Counted from the first letter of the stretch, positions 8,720 to 17,328 are shown. The stretch is DNA of 24,813 nt from Patescibacteria group bacterium (GCA_038078395.1 JBBUBH010000030.1:1-24813), one strand, 5' to 3'. A program made the numbers and translations. The notes: generated by a model not told the origin, from the letters alone.

Positions 8720-8814
8720 GCCGTTTTTTCTTTTTTGAGTTTTGAATTTAGACTGACTTTAATTTTTTTGATTTTTATTTTCACTATACTGTGGTATAGC
8801 AGGGGACATTTAGT

Positions 8815-8909
8815 ACTATCTCGCGAGATAGTGCTAGCCCGCGGGCTAGCACTGGTTGTTTTATTTTTATATCCCCATGGAACCATTCGAGCGAATGGTT
8901 CCATGGGGA
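8815..8909. repeat. Cluster of three near-perfect palindromes
   Basis: 8815-8832 actatctcgcgagatagt; 8830-8853 agtgctagcccgcgggctagcact; 8872-8909 with 18-bp arms around a 2-nt centre. Confidence 0.9.
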
Positions 8910-8936
8910 AAAACTCTCCTTTCGGGGGAAGTTTGA
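8909..8936 (+). repeat. Island boundary motif, copy 3
   Basis: aaaaactctcctttcgggggaagtttga. Confidence 0.85.
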
Positions 8937-8972
8937 GTTTATTGAGTGAAGTTATCAACAATCTGATAGTTA

Positions 8973-9044
8973 TTGACAAAGATCGATTTTGATATATTAT
9001 ATAGATATAAACGCCCCATCCAGCCGCAAGGTCCGATGGGGTTT
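8973..9044 (+). promoter_or_regulatory. Promoter plus structured 5' leader of the NYN gene
   Basis: TTGACA(8973)-16-TATTAT(8995); hairpin ccccatc(9014-9020)/gatgggg(9035-9041) enclosing gcc-GCAA-ggt. Confidence 0.55.
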
Positions 9045-9053
9045 CAAGTTTTT

Positions 9054-9644
9054 ATGGAGACAATACTTTTTATAGACGGGGAAAACTTTATTAAAAAGAT
9101 TAAAGCGGTTTTGGAGCAATCAGGGCAGGAAGCGCCGCAACTGCATTTATATAATTTTAAAGGACTTCTTAATAAGGTTTTAAAGGATGTAAAAATAGAT
9201 AGGAGGATTTTTTATTTCGCCCGCATTAAAGAACATCTGGAAACAAAAGAAAAATCTAAACAATTAATTGAAGCGCAAAGGTTGTTAAAAACTGCTTTGG
9301 AAAATCAGGAATTTGAGTTCATTTTGGCGGGACGGGTCAGGGGACAGATGGAGAAAAACTATAAAGGCAAAGAAACTTTAGTTTTTAAAGAAAAAGGTGT
9401 TGATGTAAAAATAGCCGTTGATATGGTTATTGCCGCGTGTGGCGGTAAATTGAAAACCGCTATTATCGGCAGTTCGGATTCTGATTTACAGCCAGCAATT
9501 GCTGAATTACGGAATAGAAAAATTAACCGTATTTATCTTGGTTTTGAAATGATGCCCAATAAGGGATTAGTTTATACTGCCAATAGCACAATTTTAATTA
9601 GAAATTCCGAGGTATTGGAATTTGTCAGTAAGGCATTAGTTTAA
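9054..9644 (+). CDS. NYN-domain (LabA/DUF88, PIN-like) ribonuclease
   Basis: LFIDGENF, KEKGVDVKIAVDM, SSDSDLQPA acidic motifs; likely start ATG 9054. Confidence 0.9.
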   Translation: METILFIDGENFIKKIKAVLEQSGQEAPQLHLYNFKGLLNKVLKDVKIDRRIFYFARIKEHLETKEKSKQLIEAQRLLKTALENQEFEFILAGRVRGQMEKNYKGKETLVFKEKGVDVKIAVDMVIAACGGKLKTAIIGSSDSDLQPAIAELRNRKINRIYLGFEMMPNKGLVYTANSTILIRNSEVLEFVSKALV

Positions 9645-9755
9645 TATTAAAAAATTATCCTCTCAAGAAAAATTCGAGCGTGGTTTTTATTTGACTTGGT
9701 CTTTTAATCTGATAGTATGATTTTAGCTCATGCATCGTGAAATAGGGGTGGCGAA

Positions 9756-9926
9756 ATGCCGGCGAAGCTGACTCTTAAATTGGATTCAAGTTTTGGAAAA
9801 AAACATATCATAAGCGCTCTTAGGGCGTTCATGAAAAATTTAGAGATGGGAATCATAAAAAATGGAAAAGGAATGAGCCAGGGTTCGGGACTATATGAAC
9901 AATGGGAATATGAAGAAAAAGATTAG
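9756..9926 (+). CDS. Small hypothetical protein (56 aa), absent from the ORF track
   Basis: MPAKLTLKLDSSFGKKHIISALRAFMKNLEMGIIKNGKGMSQGSGLYEQWEYEEKD; TTGACT(9691)-16-TAGTAT with TGn, SD-like AGGGGTG, terminator immediately after the stop. Confidence 0.6.
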   Translation: MPAKLTLKLDSSFGKKHIISALRAFMKNLEMGIIKNGKGMSQGSGLYEQWEYEEKD

Positions 9927-9955
9927 GCGGCTGGATAAGCCGCTTTTTGTTTTTT
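9927..9955 (+). terminator. Intrinsic terminator
   Basis: gcggct-ggata-agccgc followed by tttttgtttttt. Confidence 0.8.
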
Positions 9956-10002
9956 AAATACTTATTTTGAGGGAAATTTGGATTTTATGATAAAATAAAT
10001 CT

Positions 10003-10593
10003 ATGAATCGAGAAGCTCCAAAATTAAAGGCGGAAATCAAAAAGGGAAAATTTTTAGGCAGAGGAGAAGAGAAGGAGGTATATGAAGATCCGGATAATCC
10101 GCATTTTGCGAAAGGAATTTTTCATGAATATAAAGAAGAATCGCTTGAATTCATAAAATCAAGATTTTATCTGACTAAAATCATGCACTTGCTTTTTTTA
10201 AAGAATATTCCGGATATTCATCTTGCGGCTTCCAAACCGCACATGATTATTGTTGATAGGATGGAGGCGCCGGGTGGCTGGAGGAGCTGGATAAAATCTG
10301 ATGATTCATTGGAAAAATTTGAAGATACCCAGGAATTAATTGAAAAGCTGGAAAATTTCGAAGTTTATACGGATAGCGCTGAATTTAATTTTGAATACGA
10401 TAAAGACGGAAATATTTGTTATGTGGACAGTTTTGTTCCATGGTATGTGAATAAAGATGGACTAATTATTCCTAACTATAATCCGGAAAAATTGGAAAAA
10501 GCATTGCAGGAGTTGGAAGGGGATAAAAAAGAACAGGGATTGAGTTATTTAAACAGATTAAAAGAGTTGAGTAAGACAGTGGGGACCAAATAG
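10003..10593 (+). CDS. Hypothetical protein with protein-kinase-like fold features
   Basis: Gly loop FLGRGEEKEVY, downstream K, DxxxxN (DSAEFN), then a beta strand ending in YVD. Confidence 0.55.
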   Translation: MNREAPKLKAEIKKGKFLGRGEEKEVYEDPDNPHFAKGIFHEYKEESLEFIKSRFYLTKIMHLLFLKNIPDIHLAASKPHMIIVDRMEAPGGWRSWIKSDDSLEKFEDTQELIEKLENFEVYTDSAEFNFEYDKDGNICYVDSFVPWYVNKDGLIIPNYNPEKLEKALQELEGDKKEQGLSYLNRLKELSKTVGTK

Positions 10594-10669
10594 GTTTTTT
10601 TTAATTTGACCATTAATGAGTTTTTTGTTATTTTCTTAGTAGAGTTGTTCTTTTATAGGAGAAAAAAAT

Positions 10670-11335
10670 ATGGGCTGGCCAAAACTGCTTGTTTTAGTCC
10701 GTCATGCCGAATCCGAAGGTAATTTAAGGACCGAAAGCGAGCGCGCTGAATTTAATGTTTCCACTCACAAATATGCGTTGACTGAATGCGGCAGAAAGCA
10801 GGCGGAAATAACCGGACAATTTTTAAGAAGCACATTTGGCGATTTTGATGTCCGTTATGTTTCTTATTATGAACGGTCAAAAGAAACTATGGCGATTATG
10901 TATCCCGGTGTGCGGGTGTATGAAGACCCTCGGCTTGCGGAAGGGCAGCGCGGAATCTGGCATACAATGACAAAACCGCAGATGGAGCGCAGATTTCCGG
11001 AGGAATTTCAGCGCAAAGAACGCGAAGGGTTGTATCATTACAGACCGTTGGGCGGAGAGAATTGGCCGGACATTGAATTAAGGATCCACAGTTTTCTCGG
11101 GACTTTGAGCAGGGACTATGACGGCCAAAAAGTTCTAATAGTGGTGCATGGGCACTGGCTGATTCTTTTTCAACGGCTAATACATCATTTTTCCATCGCC
11201 GAAGCATTGCAGAGATATCGGAGCAAGATTTTCCAGAATGCTTCCGTGACTATTTATAATGATTTACGGAAAAATGGAAAATCGAGATTGATTTTACAGA
11301 AGGAAAATTTAGTTCCGTGGCAAGGGAAAGTATAA
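10670..11335 (+). CDS. Histidine phosphatase (phosphoglycerate-mutase-like) family protein
   Basis: LVLVRHAESEGN, LT..G..QA, S.YERSKET, D.RL.E, GGEN..D...R, VVHG; SD AGGAGA. Confidence 0.92.
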   Translation: MGWPKLLVLVRHAESEGNLRTESERAEFNVSTHKYALTECGRKQAEITGQFLRSTFGDFDVRYVSYYERSKETMAIMYPGVRVYEDPRLAEGQRGIWHTMTKPQMERRFPEEFQRKEREGLYHYRPLGGENWPDIELRIHSFLGTLSRDYDGQKVLIVVHGHWLILFQRLIHHFSIAEALQRYRSKIFQNASVTIYNDLRKNGKSRLILQKENLVPWQGKV

Positions 11336-11455
11336 AACATTTTAAAGCGGCGCGATAACATCAAGTCGCATTTTTGTTTTATTTGACTTTTTAAGGATTT
11401 TCGTATAGCATATACCCAGTAGTTTGGGTTCGTTGAAAAAGGAGGGGAAGAAATA

Positions 11456-11743
11456 ATGGCGATTAGCGGGTTTGGTCTTGAGCCGTGCGATCCGAAGTTC
11501 ATAAAATTTGGAAAACCAGTTTTGACGATTCACGCGATCCTTTCTGATGAAATTGAGGCGCTGGTCAGGAAATTGGCGGATATTTCGGGTCAGAAAGTTG
11601 ATTGGCGTTTTACCAATGGAAAAGCTGTTGTTCTTGTAATAGGGGATGTCGAAAAGGTGAAAAAGGCCTTTGAAAAGATTAAACCAGAACACGACCGTCT
11701 TTATCAGAAGGCACTTGAAAGATTGCAATTTGGTAAAAAATAA
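11456..11743 (+). CDS. Hypothetical protein (95 aa)
   Basis: SD GGAGGGG; promoter TTGACT(11383)-17-TAGCAT(11406). Confidence 0.65.
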   Translation: MAISGFGLEPCDPKFIKFGKPVLTIHAILSDEIEALVRKLADISGQKVDWRFTNGKAVVLVIGDVEKVKKAFEKIKPEHDRLYQKALERLQFGKK

Positions 11744-11789
11744 ATCGATTTCACAATGCGATAATTAAAATTTTATCCTGGTATTTATA

Positions 11790-11818
11790 GCCCCGCAGAA
11801 AAGCGGGGTTTTTTATTT
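11790..11818 (+). terminator. Intrinsic terminator
   Basis: gccccgc-agaaaa-gcggggt followed by tttttattt. Confidence 0.75.
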
Positions 11819-11836
11819 ATGCTATAATAATTAAAT

Positions 11837-12784
11837 ATGTCTCTTTTAGAAGGTTCCAAGGAAGTTACGGGATTCGACACGTCGCTTGCAAAAGTGATTG
11901 CAGTCGGAGTTATCGGAGTTTTGACTGCCGGAGTTTGCGGGTATTTTTTGAACGACGTTTTAAATGGAGCGCTGGATATGACCTGGCTTATCGTAAGCGG
12001 AATCGGATTTTTTTCGGTATTTCTTCTTCAGATTTTTTTCATTAAAAGTTTCCGATTTATCGGTATCATTGCTCTGCTTGAAAGCATTGCGATGACTGCG
12101 TTGTTTTTAAATAGATTTTCCGGCGCCCTTCTTTTGGCTTGGTTTCTCCTTTTTATTTTTTGGCTGTTTTCCGTTAAGCGCGGACGGGGAGAAATGAATA
12201 ATCAGCTTCAAGTCAAATTTTCCCGTGTTGAAAAATTGGTGATGCCAAACGCATTTACCGCATTTTCCATATTTATCAGTATTATAGTCATTTGGGTTAA
12301 TGGCGCGACTCTTACCAAAGAAAGATTTTTATCGTTAATCAAGCCGGCTCAGCCGATTTTCCAGACATTTCTTTCCCAGAATTTCACATTCAATATGACT
12401 ATCAGCAAATTTGCGGAACTGATGATAAGGACCCAGACCGGGGTGGATATTTCAACGCTTCCGGCCGCGGCTAAAAATATGGCAATAGACCAGATATTAA
12501 ATCAATTAAAAACAAAATACGACATTCCGTTCAGGAGCACAGATACTTTCATTGATGTTATTTATAATTATCTGATGCAGTGGCTGCAAAATATTCCAAA
12601 GCCGGTGCAGGTTGCGCTTCCGATAAGCGCGGCGCTTCTTATTTTCTTTACGGTAAAAAGCATTACTTGGGTGCTCCGTTATGCGGTTATCGTTTTCGCC
12701 TACATATTATATGAGATCGCTTTGGCGTCCGGTTTTTCCAGGAAAGCGCTTGAATCGCGCAGCCATGAAATTATAACTTTATAG
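11837..12784 (+). CDS. Multi-pass membrane protein of unknown function
   Basis: About six hydrophobic segments; TGnTATAAT 8 nt before the ATG. Confidence 0.8.
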   Translation: MSLLEGSKEVTGFDTSLAKVIAVGVIGVLTAGVCGYFLNDVLNGALDMTWLIVSGIGFFSVFLLQIFFIKSFRFIGIIALLESIAMTALFLNRFSGALLLAWFLLFIFWLFSVKRGRGEMNNQLQVKFSRVEKLVMPNAFTAFSIFISIIVIWVNGATLTKERFLSLIKPAQPIFQTFLSQNFTFNMTISKFAELMIRTQTGVDISTLPAAAKNMAIDQILNQLKTKYDIPFRSTDTFIDVIYNYLMQWLQNIPKPVQVALPISAALLIFFTVKSITWVLRYAVIVFAYILYEIALASGFSRKALESRSHEIITL

Positions 12785-12835
12785 TCGATTGGTTTCTTAA
12801 GAGTGATGATTTTGTTGTTAGTTATCAGTTATGTT

Positions 12836-12876
12836 TTGGCACTCTCTTTGACAGAGTGCCAATTTTAATATATGAT
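12836..12876 (+). promoter_or_regulatory. Second CIRCE (TTGGCACTC-N9-GAGTGCCAA, 12836-12862) overlapping the dnaJ promoter
   Basis: Perfect inverted repeat with a compensatory A>G / T>C change; TTGACA(12848-12853)-17-TATGAT(12871-12876). Confidence 0.92.
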
Positions 12877-12887
12877 AAAATATAAAT

Positions 12888-13934
12888 ATGAACAAGGATT
12901 ATTATAAAATCTTGGAGGTGGACAAAAATGCCAGCGAAGATGAGATAAAAAAAGCTTATCGCCAGATGGCGCATAAATATCATCCCGATAAAGCCGGCGG
13001 AGATGAAAAGAAATTCAAAGAAGTTAATGAGGCGTATCAGATTCTTTCCGATAAGGAAAAGCGCGCCCAATATGACAGGTTTGGCAGGGTTTTTGAGGGT
13101 GGGAATGGCGGCGCTCAGGGATTCGGTGGATTTGATTTTTCGCAGGGTTTTGGTTTCGATCCGTCAAATATGGAAAATTTTTCCGGCGTCAATGATATTT
13201 TTGACATGTTTTTTGAAGGGTTGGGAATGAAGAAAAGAAAAACATACCATCGCGGGTCTGATCTTGAGATTGAAAAAGAAATCACATTGGAAGACGCGTT
13301 TCATGGCGTTTCCGCGGAAATAAAGCTGGACACGTTTGAAAGCTGTAAGAAATGCGGCGGGCTTGGGCATTTTCCAAAAGAAGGTTTTGTTAAGTGCGCC
13401 ACTTGCGGAGGCAGAGGAGAAATCCGCGAATTGCGGCAGACATTTTTTGGTCAATTTTCGCAAGTGCGGGCTTGCAAGAAATGCGGCGGACAAGGCGAAA
13501 TTCCAAATAAAATTTGCGGAGATTGCGGCGCGACCGGCCGGGTGAAAATAAGAAAAGACATTCAATTTGACATTGCGCAGGGAATTTCCGAGGGTCAGGT
13601 GATAAAAATTTCCGGATTCGGGCAGGCGGGAGAGAAGGGTGCCGGCGCCGGCGATCTTTACGTCCACATCAAAATAAAGCCACACCATATTTTTAAAAGG
13701 ATTGAAAATGATTTACTGATGAAAAAAGAAATAAATATCCTAAAGGTTCTTGCCGGAGAAAAAATTGAAATTCCCGTGATTTCAGGAAATAAAATAAGTG
13801 TGGAAATTCCGGCCGGATTCAATTTGCGCGAGCGGTTCCGTGTTTCCGGCGAAGGCATGCCGAAATTTAACAGCCGGAGCAGGGGAGATTTGTATATTGA
13901 ATTTGACGTTAAAGTTCCGAAGAGGGCTCATTAA
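12888..13934 (+). CDS. dnaJ: Chaperone DnaJ (class A J-protein)
   Basis: J domain with HPD, G/F region, four CxxCxGxG-type repeats, GDLYV and GDLYI in the CTD. Confidence 0.97.
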   Translation: MNKDYYKILEVDKNASEDEIKKAYRQMAHKYHPDKAGGDEKKFKEVNEAYQILSDKEKRAQYDRFGRVFEGGNGGAQGFGGFDFSQGFGFDPSNMENFSGVNDIFDMFFEGLGMKKRKTYHRGSDLEIEKEITLEDAFHGVSAEIKLDTFESCKKCGGLGHFPKEGFVKCATCGGRGEIRELRQTFFGQFSQVRACKKCGGQGEIPNKICGDCGATGRVKIRKDIQFDIAQGISEGQVIKISGFGQAGEKGAGAGDLYVHIKIKPHHIFKRIENDLLMKKEINILKVLAGEKIEIPVISGNKISVEIPAGFNLRERFRVSGEGMPKFNSRSRGDLYIEFDVKVPKRAH

Positions 13935-14243
13935 CAAATAACTGAACGAATTTGCCATTAATGATTTTAATGCGAGACAAGAAGCGAGGAGGAAATCGTA
14001 GCCATAGCTACCTTTCCGACAAGCGACGATGTCGCAGCTTAAAATCATTATGGCCCTTCGGGGGAGGCATTATCTTTGGCTGATTTCTGTGTTATTCCTC
14101 CTCAATGTGGTAAAACCACTGTTTCGTCGTCATGCCTTGAAATCAGCTCAAATCTTATGCCTCCAAATCGTTCATTTATTTTTTAATGAACCCTTGACAG
14201 GAAGCTGAAAGATTTTTTAGGCGGTTTAGGGTAAGATTAGTAT

Positions 14244-14870
14244 ATGAGGTTGAGGATAAATATCATAGAAGGGGCGGCAATTCTGCTGGTAATTATTATC
14301 GCCGCTGTTTTGTTTCTTTATGGCGGGCCAAAGCCGTATCCGACCGATAAAGTGGTCGTGGCATTCGGCGATAGTCTGACGCGCGGATATGGCACAGTAT
14401 CTCCCGATAAAAATTTTGTCACTTATCTGTCGGAATACACGAAAATAAATATAATCAATGCCGGCGTGACCGGCAATACGACTTCCGATGCGCTTATCCG
14501 GTTGAAATCCAATGTTCTTGATTATCATCCCGACATTGTGATTTTGCTTTTTGGCGGGAATGATTATTTTGACGGATACAGCGAAGAAGTCATTTTGGCG
14601 AATATGCGGGCGATTATTAAAGCCATAAGGAAGGAGGGCGCAAAGATAATTTTACTCGGAGGAAATGATAAATTTGCGCCAGCCTACGAAAAAGTATTTG
14701 AAAAGTTGGTTGCGGAATACGATATAGAAGGATATGTTCCGAATGTTTTAAGAGGAGTTTCTCTTAGGAGGGATTTGCTTTTTGACGAAGTGCATCCTAA
14801 TGGCAAGGGGCATAAAGTTATTGCGGATATGATACTTCCTGTTTTGGCAAAAGTGTTAAGGGAATTATAG
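14244..14870 (+). CDS. SGNH/GDSL-family esterase with an N-terminal membrane anchor
   Basis: Blocks FGDSLT, NAGVTG, GGND, DEVHP; N-terminal hydrophobic helix. Confidence 0.92.
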   Translation: MRLRINIIEGAAILLVIIIAAVLFLYGGPKPYPTDKVVVAFGDSLTRGYGTVSPDKNFVTYLSEYTKINIINAGVTGNTTSDALIRLKSNVLDYHPDIVILLFGGNDYFDGYSEEVILANMRAIIKAIRKEGAKIILLGGNDKFAPAYEKVFEKLVAEYDIEGYVPNVLRGVSLRRDLLFDEVHPNGKGHKVIADMILPVLAKVLREL

Positions 14871-14896
14871 TTTAAAACTAAATATACAGGTGCTTG

Positions 14897-14968
14897 CCAG
14901 GAAGTAGAAATTCAGTGGCTACGCAATTAGTCCTGCAAAGCAGGACTCGCTGAATTTTCACTTCCTGG
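14897..14968 (-). mobile_element. MITE-like element, copy 1 (72 bp)
   Basis: 19-bp imperfect TIRs ccaggaagtagaaattcag/ctgaattttcacttcctgg, flanked by a CTTG direct repeat (14893-14896, 14969-14972). Confidence 0.7.
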
Positions 14969-15002
14969 CTTGAAAAAGTTTTGAGAGAGTTGTAGACTAA
15001 TT

Positions 15003-15038
15003 TTGCATTTTGATTTTTACATTTTTAATTTTTTACAT
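15003..15038. repeat. Lone TTNNATT heptamer arm directly 5' of the tRNA
   Basis: ttgcatt ttgattt ttacatt tttaatt; same unit type as 873-907. Confidence 0.65.
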
Positions 15039-15109
15039 GCCCCCATAGCTCAGTGGTAGAGCAGCTGCCTTTTAAGCAGTTGATCTAGGTCCGATTCCTA
15101 GTGGGGGTA
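15039..15109 (+). tRNA. tRNA-Lys (anticodon UUU), CCA not encoded, slightly atypical
   Basis: Cloverleaf: acceptor GCCCCCA/TGGGGGT, D stem GCTC/GAGC, anticodon stem GCTGC/GCAGT with loop CTTTTAA, T stem CTAGG/CCTAG; promoter TTGAAA(14970)-17-TAGACT. Confidence 0.9.
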
Positions 15110-15194
15110 CTAGATAAAAATTTTCAAGTGCTTGACTTTTTATTTTATTTTAGTTATAAACTTTTTAGTTCATCTCAATAAGGGAGGGTTGAAA

Positions 15195-15386
15195 ATGAAA
15201 GAAGCTCTTGTGGAATTTTGCATTATGGCTGTGATAGGTTTTGCCGTGATTGTTTCCGTTTGTTTCTGTTTCGGATTGACCGCAATGTTGCTTATAGTTG
15301 GAGCGGCAATCTGCTTATTCAAACAAATTTGGAAATTGATTTTTCCAGCTAAAAAGAAATTGTGTCATTGTGACGAAAAGCCATGA
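15195..15386 (+). CDS. Small membrane protein (63 aa), hypothetical
   Basis: SD GGAGGG; long hydrophobic stretch; TTGACT at 15132 upstream. Confidence 0.55.
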   Translation: MKEALVEFCIMAVIGFAVIVSVCFCFGLTAMLLIVGAAICLFKQIWKLIFPAKKKLCHCDEKP

Positions 15387-15450
15387 TCCTGCGGTAAAAT
15401 CTTTTGCTCTTGCAATAACTCCTGAAAAGGAGTTATTTTTTATTATAGTT

Positions 15451-16041
15451 ATGAATAAAGAATTTAAATTGGGATATGCGATAGGATTGGTTATAATTAT
15501 TGCATTGGCAGGAAGTTATTTTATGTTCAATAAAAAAGATAACAGCGGCGGTGAAGCGGAAAAAAATCCGGTTGTTGTTTTGAAAACAAATTTCGGAGAC
15601 ATCAAATTGGAACTTTTTAAAAAAGACGCCGTTAAAACCGTTGCTAATTTTGTGACTTTGGCGCAAAGCGGATTTTATAATGGAACAAAATTTCACCGGG
15701 TTATTCCTAATTTCATGATTCAAGGCGGCGATCCGAACAGTAAAGACAATGACTGGACAAATGACGGAATGGGCGGGCCGGGCTATCAATTTGAGGATGA
15801 GATTAACAGCCATAAGCTGGTCAGGGGGGCTTTGGCGATGGCGAACAGCGGACCCGATACTAATGGAAGCCAGTTTTTTATAGTGACGGCCGAATCAACC
15901 CCGTGGCTTGACGGGCATCATACTGTTTTCGGGACAGTGATTGAAGGAATGGATGCGGTAATCAAGATTGAAAGTTTATCCAAGAATGAAAACGATCATC
16001 CGCTGGAAGATGCGGTTATTAATGGCGTTAGAGTTGAATAA
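15451..16041 (+). CDS. Cyclophilin-type peptidyl-prolyl isomerase with an N-terminal anchor
   Basis: [55 protein letters not shown]; likely start ATG 15451. Confidence 0.96.
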   Translation: MNKEFKLGYAIGLVIIIALAGSYFMFNKKDNSGGEAEKNPVVVLKTNFGDIKLELFKKDAVKTVANFVTLAQSGFYNGTKFHRVIPNFMIQGGDPNSKDNDWTNDGMGGPGYQFEDEINSHKLVRGALAMANSGPDTNGSQFFIVTAESTPWLDGHHTVFGTVIEGMDAVIKIESLSKNENDHPLEDAVINGVRVE

Positions 16042-16076
16042 AAATTGATATTGTAGTAAATTATTTTATATTGCAT

Positions 16077-17324
16077 ATGTCCCGTTCAAATTCTTTTTTC
16101 TTTTTGATGTTGGTTTCCATGATGACTTTTGCCGGGGTCCTTTTTGTTTATCCCGGCAGTCCTTATGCAAGTTTTATGCCATGGAAATTGGGTTTGGATC
16201 TTGTCGGCGGAACTTATCTGGTTTACGAGGTGGACATGTCGGCCATTGATTCTTCCGATCGCTCCACTGTTATGAACGGTCTCCGCGATGTCATAGAAAA
16301 AAGAGTGAATTTATTCGGCGTAAGCGAACCAAGGATTACCGTTTCTCAAGCTAAAGACGGTTACCGGTTGAATGTTGAGCTTGCCGGAATCAAAGATGTG
16401 AAAGAAGCGATAAAACAGATAGGAGAAACGCCGTTTTTAGTTTTTAGTGAAATAGCGGCGGACAGCAAAGGAGAGCCGGTAAAGGATAAAGACGGCCAGC
16501 TGTTGTTTAAAACAACGGAGCTTACCGGTCGTTACGTCAAACGCGCTCAATTAGTTTATGATAATGTTTCAAATTTGCCGCAGGTTTCTTTGGAATTTAA
16601 CAGCGAAGGGGGGGATATTTTTGAGCGGGTAACGGGGAGAAATGTAGGAAAGCCGGTCGCAATTTTTCTTGATGGCAATATTATAAGCGCTCCGCGGGTT
16701 ACGGAAAAAATAATCGGCGGCAAAGCGCAGATTACGGGCGATTTTACTCTTGATGAGGCAAAAAAGCTTGTTGAACGTTTTAATGCCGGAGCCTTGCCGG
16801 CGCCGATTAAACTGGTGAACCAGCAAACAGTCAGCGCGACACTTGGCCAGGATTCCTTGCAGAAGACAATTAAAGCCGGAATTTGGGGAACGCTGGCGAT
16901 AGCGCTTTTTATGATTCTTTATTACCATGTGTCGGGATTATTCGCGGCTGTCGCGCTATTCATATATGTAGTGCTGGCGCTTTCGGTATTTAAATTATTC
17001 GTGACAATGACGCTTGCGGGCATAGCGGGTTTTATTTTATCAATCGGCATGGCGGTTGACGCAAATATCCTTATTTTTGAACGTTTTAAGGAAGAGTTGA
17101 AAAAAGGCGCGTCAAAATTGATGGCTCTTGAGCAGGGATTTAAGCGCGCTTGGCCTTCAATACGGGATTCAAATTTGACCACGATTTTGACCACGCTTAT
17201 TTTATATAATTTGACCTCGGGTTTTGTTAAGGGATTTGCCCTAACCCTGCTTTTCGGCGTTTTAATCAGTATGTTCACTGCCATTACCGTTACCAGAAAT
17301 TTATTAAGGGTATTTATAAAATAA
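16077..17324 (+). CDS. secD: Protein translocase subunit SecD
   Basis: KLGLDLVGG, RVNLFGVSEP, ISAPRV, GALPAP, VSATLG, TLAGIAG.ILSIGMAVDANILIFER.KEEL, I.DSNLTT. Confidence 0.97.
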   Translation: MSRSNSFFFLMLVSMMTFAGVLFVYPGSPYASFMPWKLGLDLVGGTYLVYEVDMSAIDSSDRSTVMNGLRDVIEKRVNLFGVSEPRITVSQAKDGYRLNVELAGIKDVKEAIKQIGETPFLVFSEIAADSKGEPVKDKDGQLLFKTTELTGRYVKRAQLVYDNVSNLPQVSLEFNSEGGDIFERVTGRNVGKPVAIFLDGNIISAPRVTEKIIGGKAQITGDFTLDEAKKLVERFNAGALPAPIKLVNQQTVSATLGQDSLQKTIKAGIWGTLAIALFMILYYHVSGLFAAVALFIYVVLALSVFKLFVTMTLAGIAGFILSIGMAVDANILIFERFKEELKKGASKLMALEQGFKRAWPSIRDSNLTTILTTLILYNLTSGFVKGFALTLLFGVLISMFTAITVTRNLLRVFIK

Positions 17325-17328
17325 TATG

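Noticed and set aside
7279-8936. Island boundary motif as an integron attC site
   Set aside because: No RYYYAAC...GTTRRRY core boxes or attC-type extrahelical bases were seen, and there is no intI in the window.
8713-8992. ORFs 8735-8992 (+) and 8713-8979 (-)
   Set aside because: They span the palindrome cluster and boundary repeat, are low-complexity and have no start signals; probably open by chance.
13782-14200. Possible small minus-strand gene after dnaJ
   Set aside because: The ORF overlaps dnaJ by about 150 bp and has no motif or convincing start, so it is not supportable.
15039-15131. tRNA-Lys 3' end as an integration site
   Set aside because: No duplicated tRNA 3' fragment and no integrase in the window.
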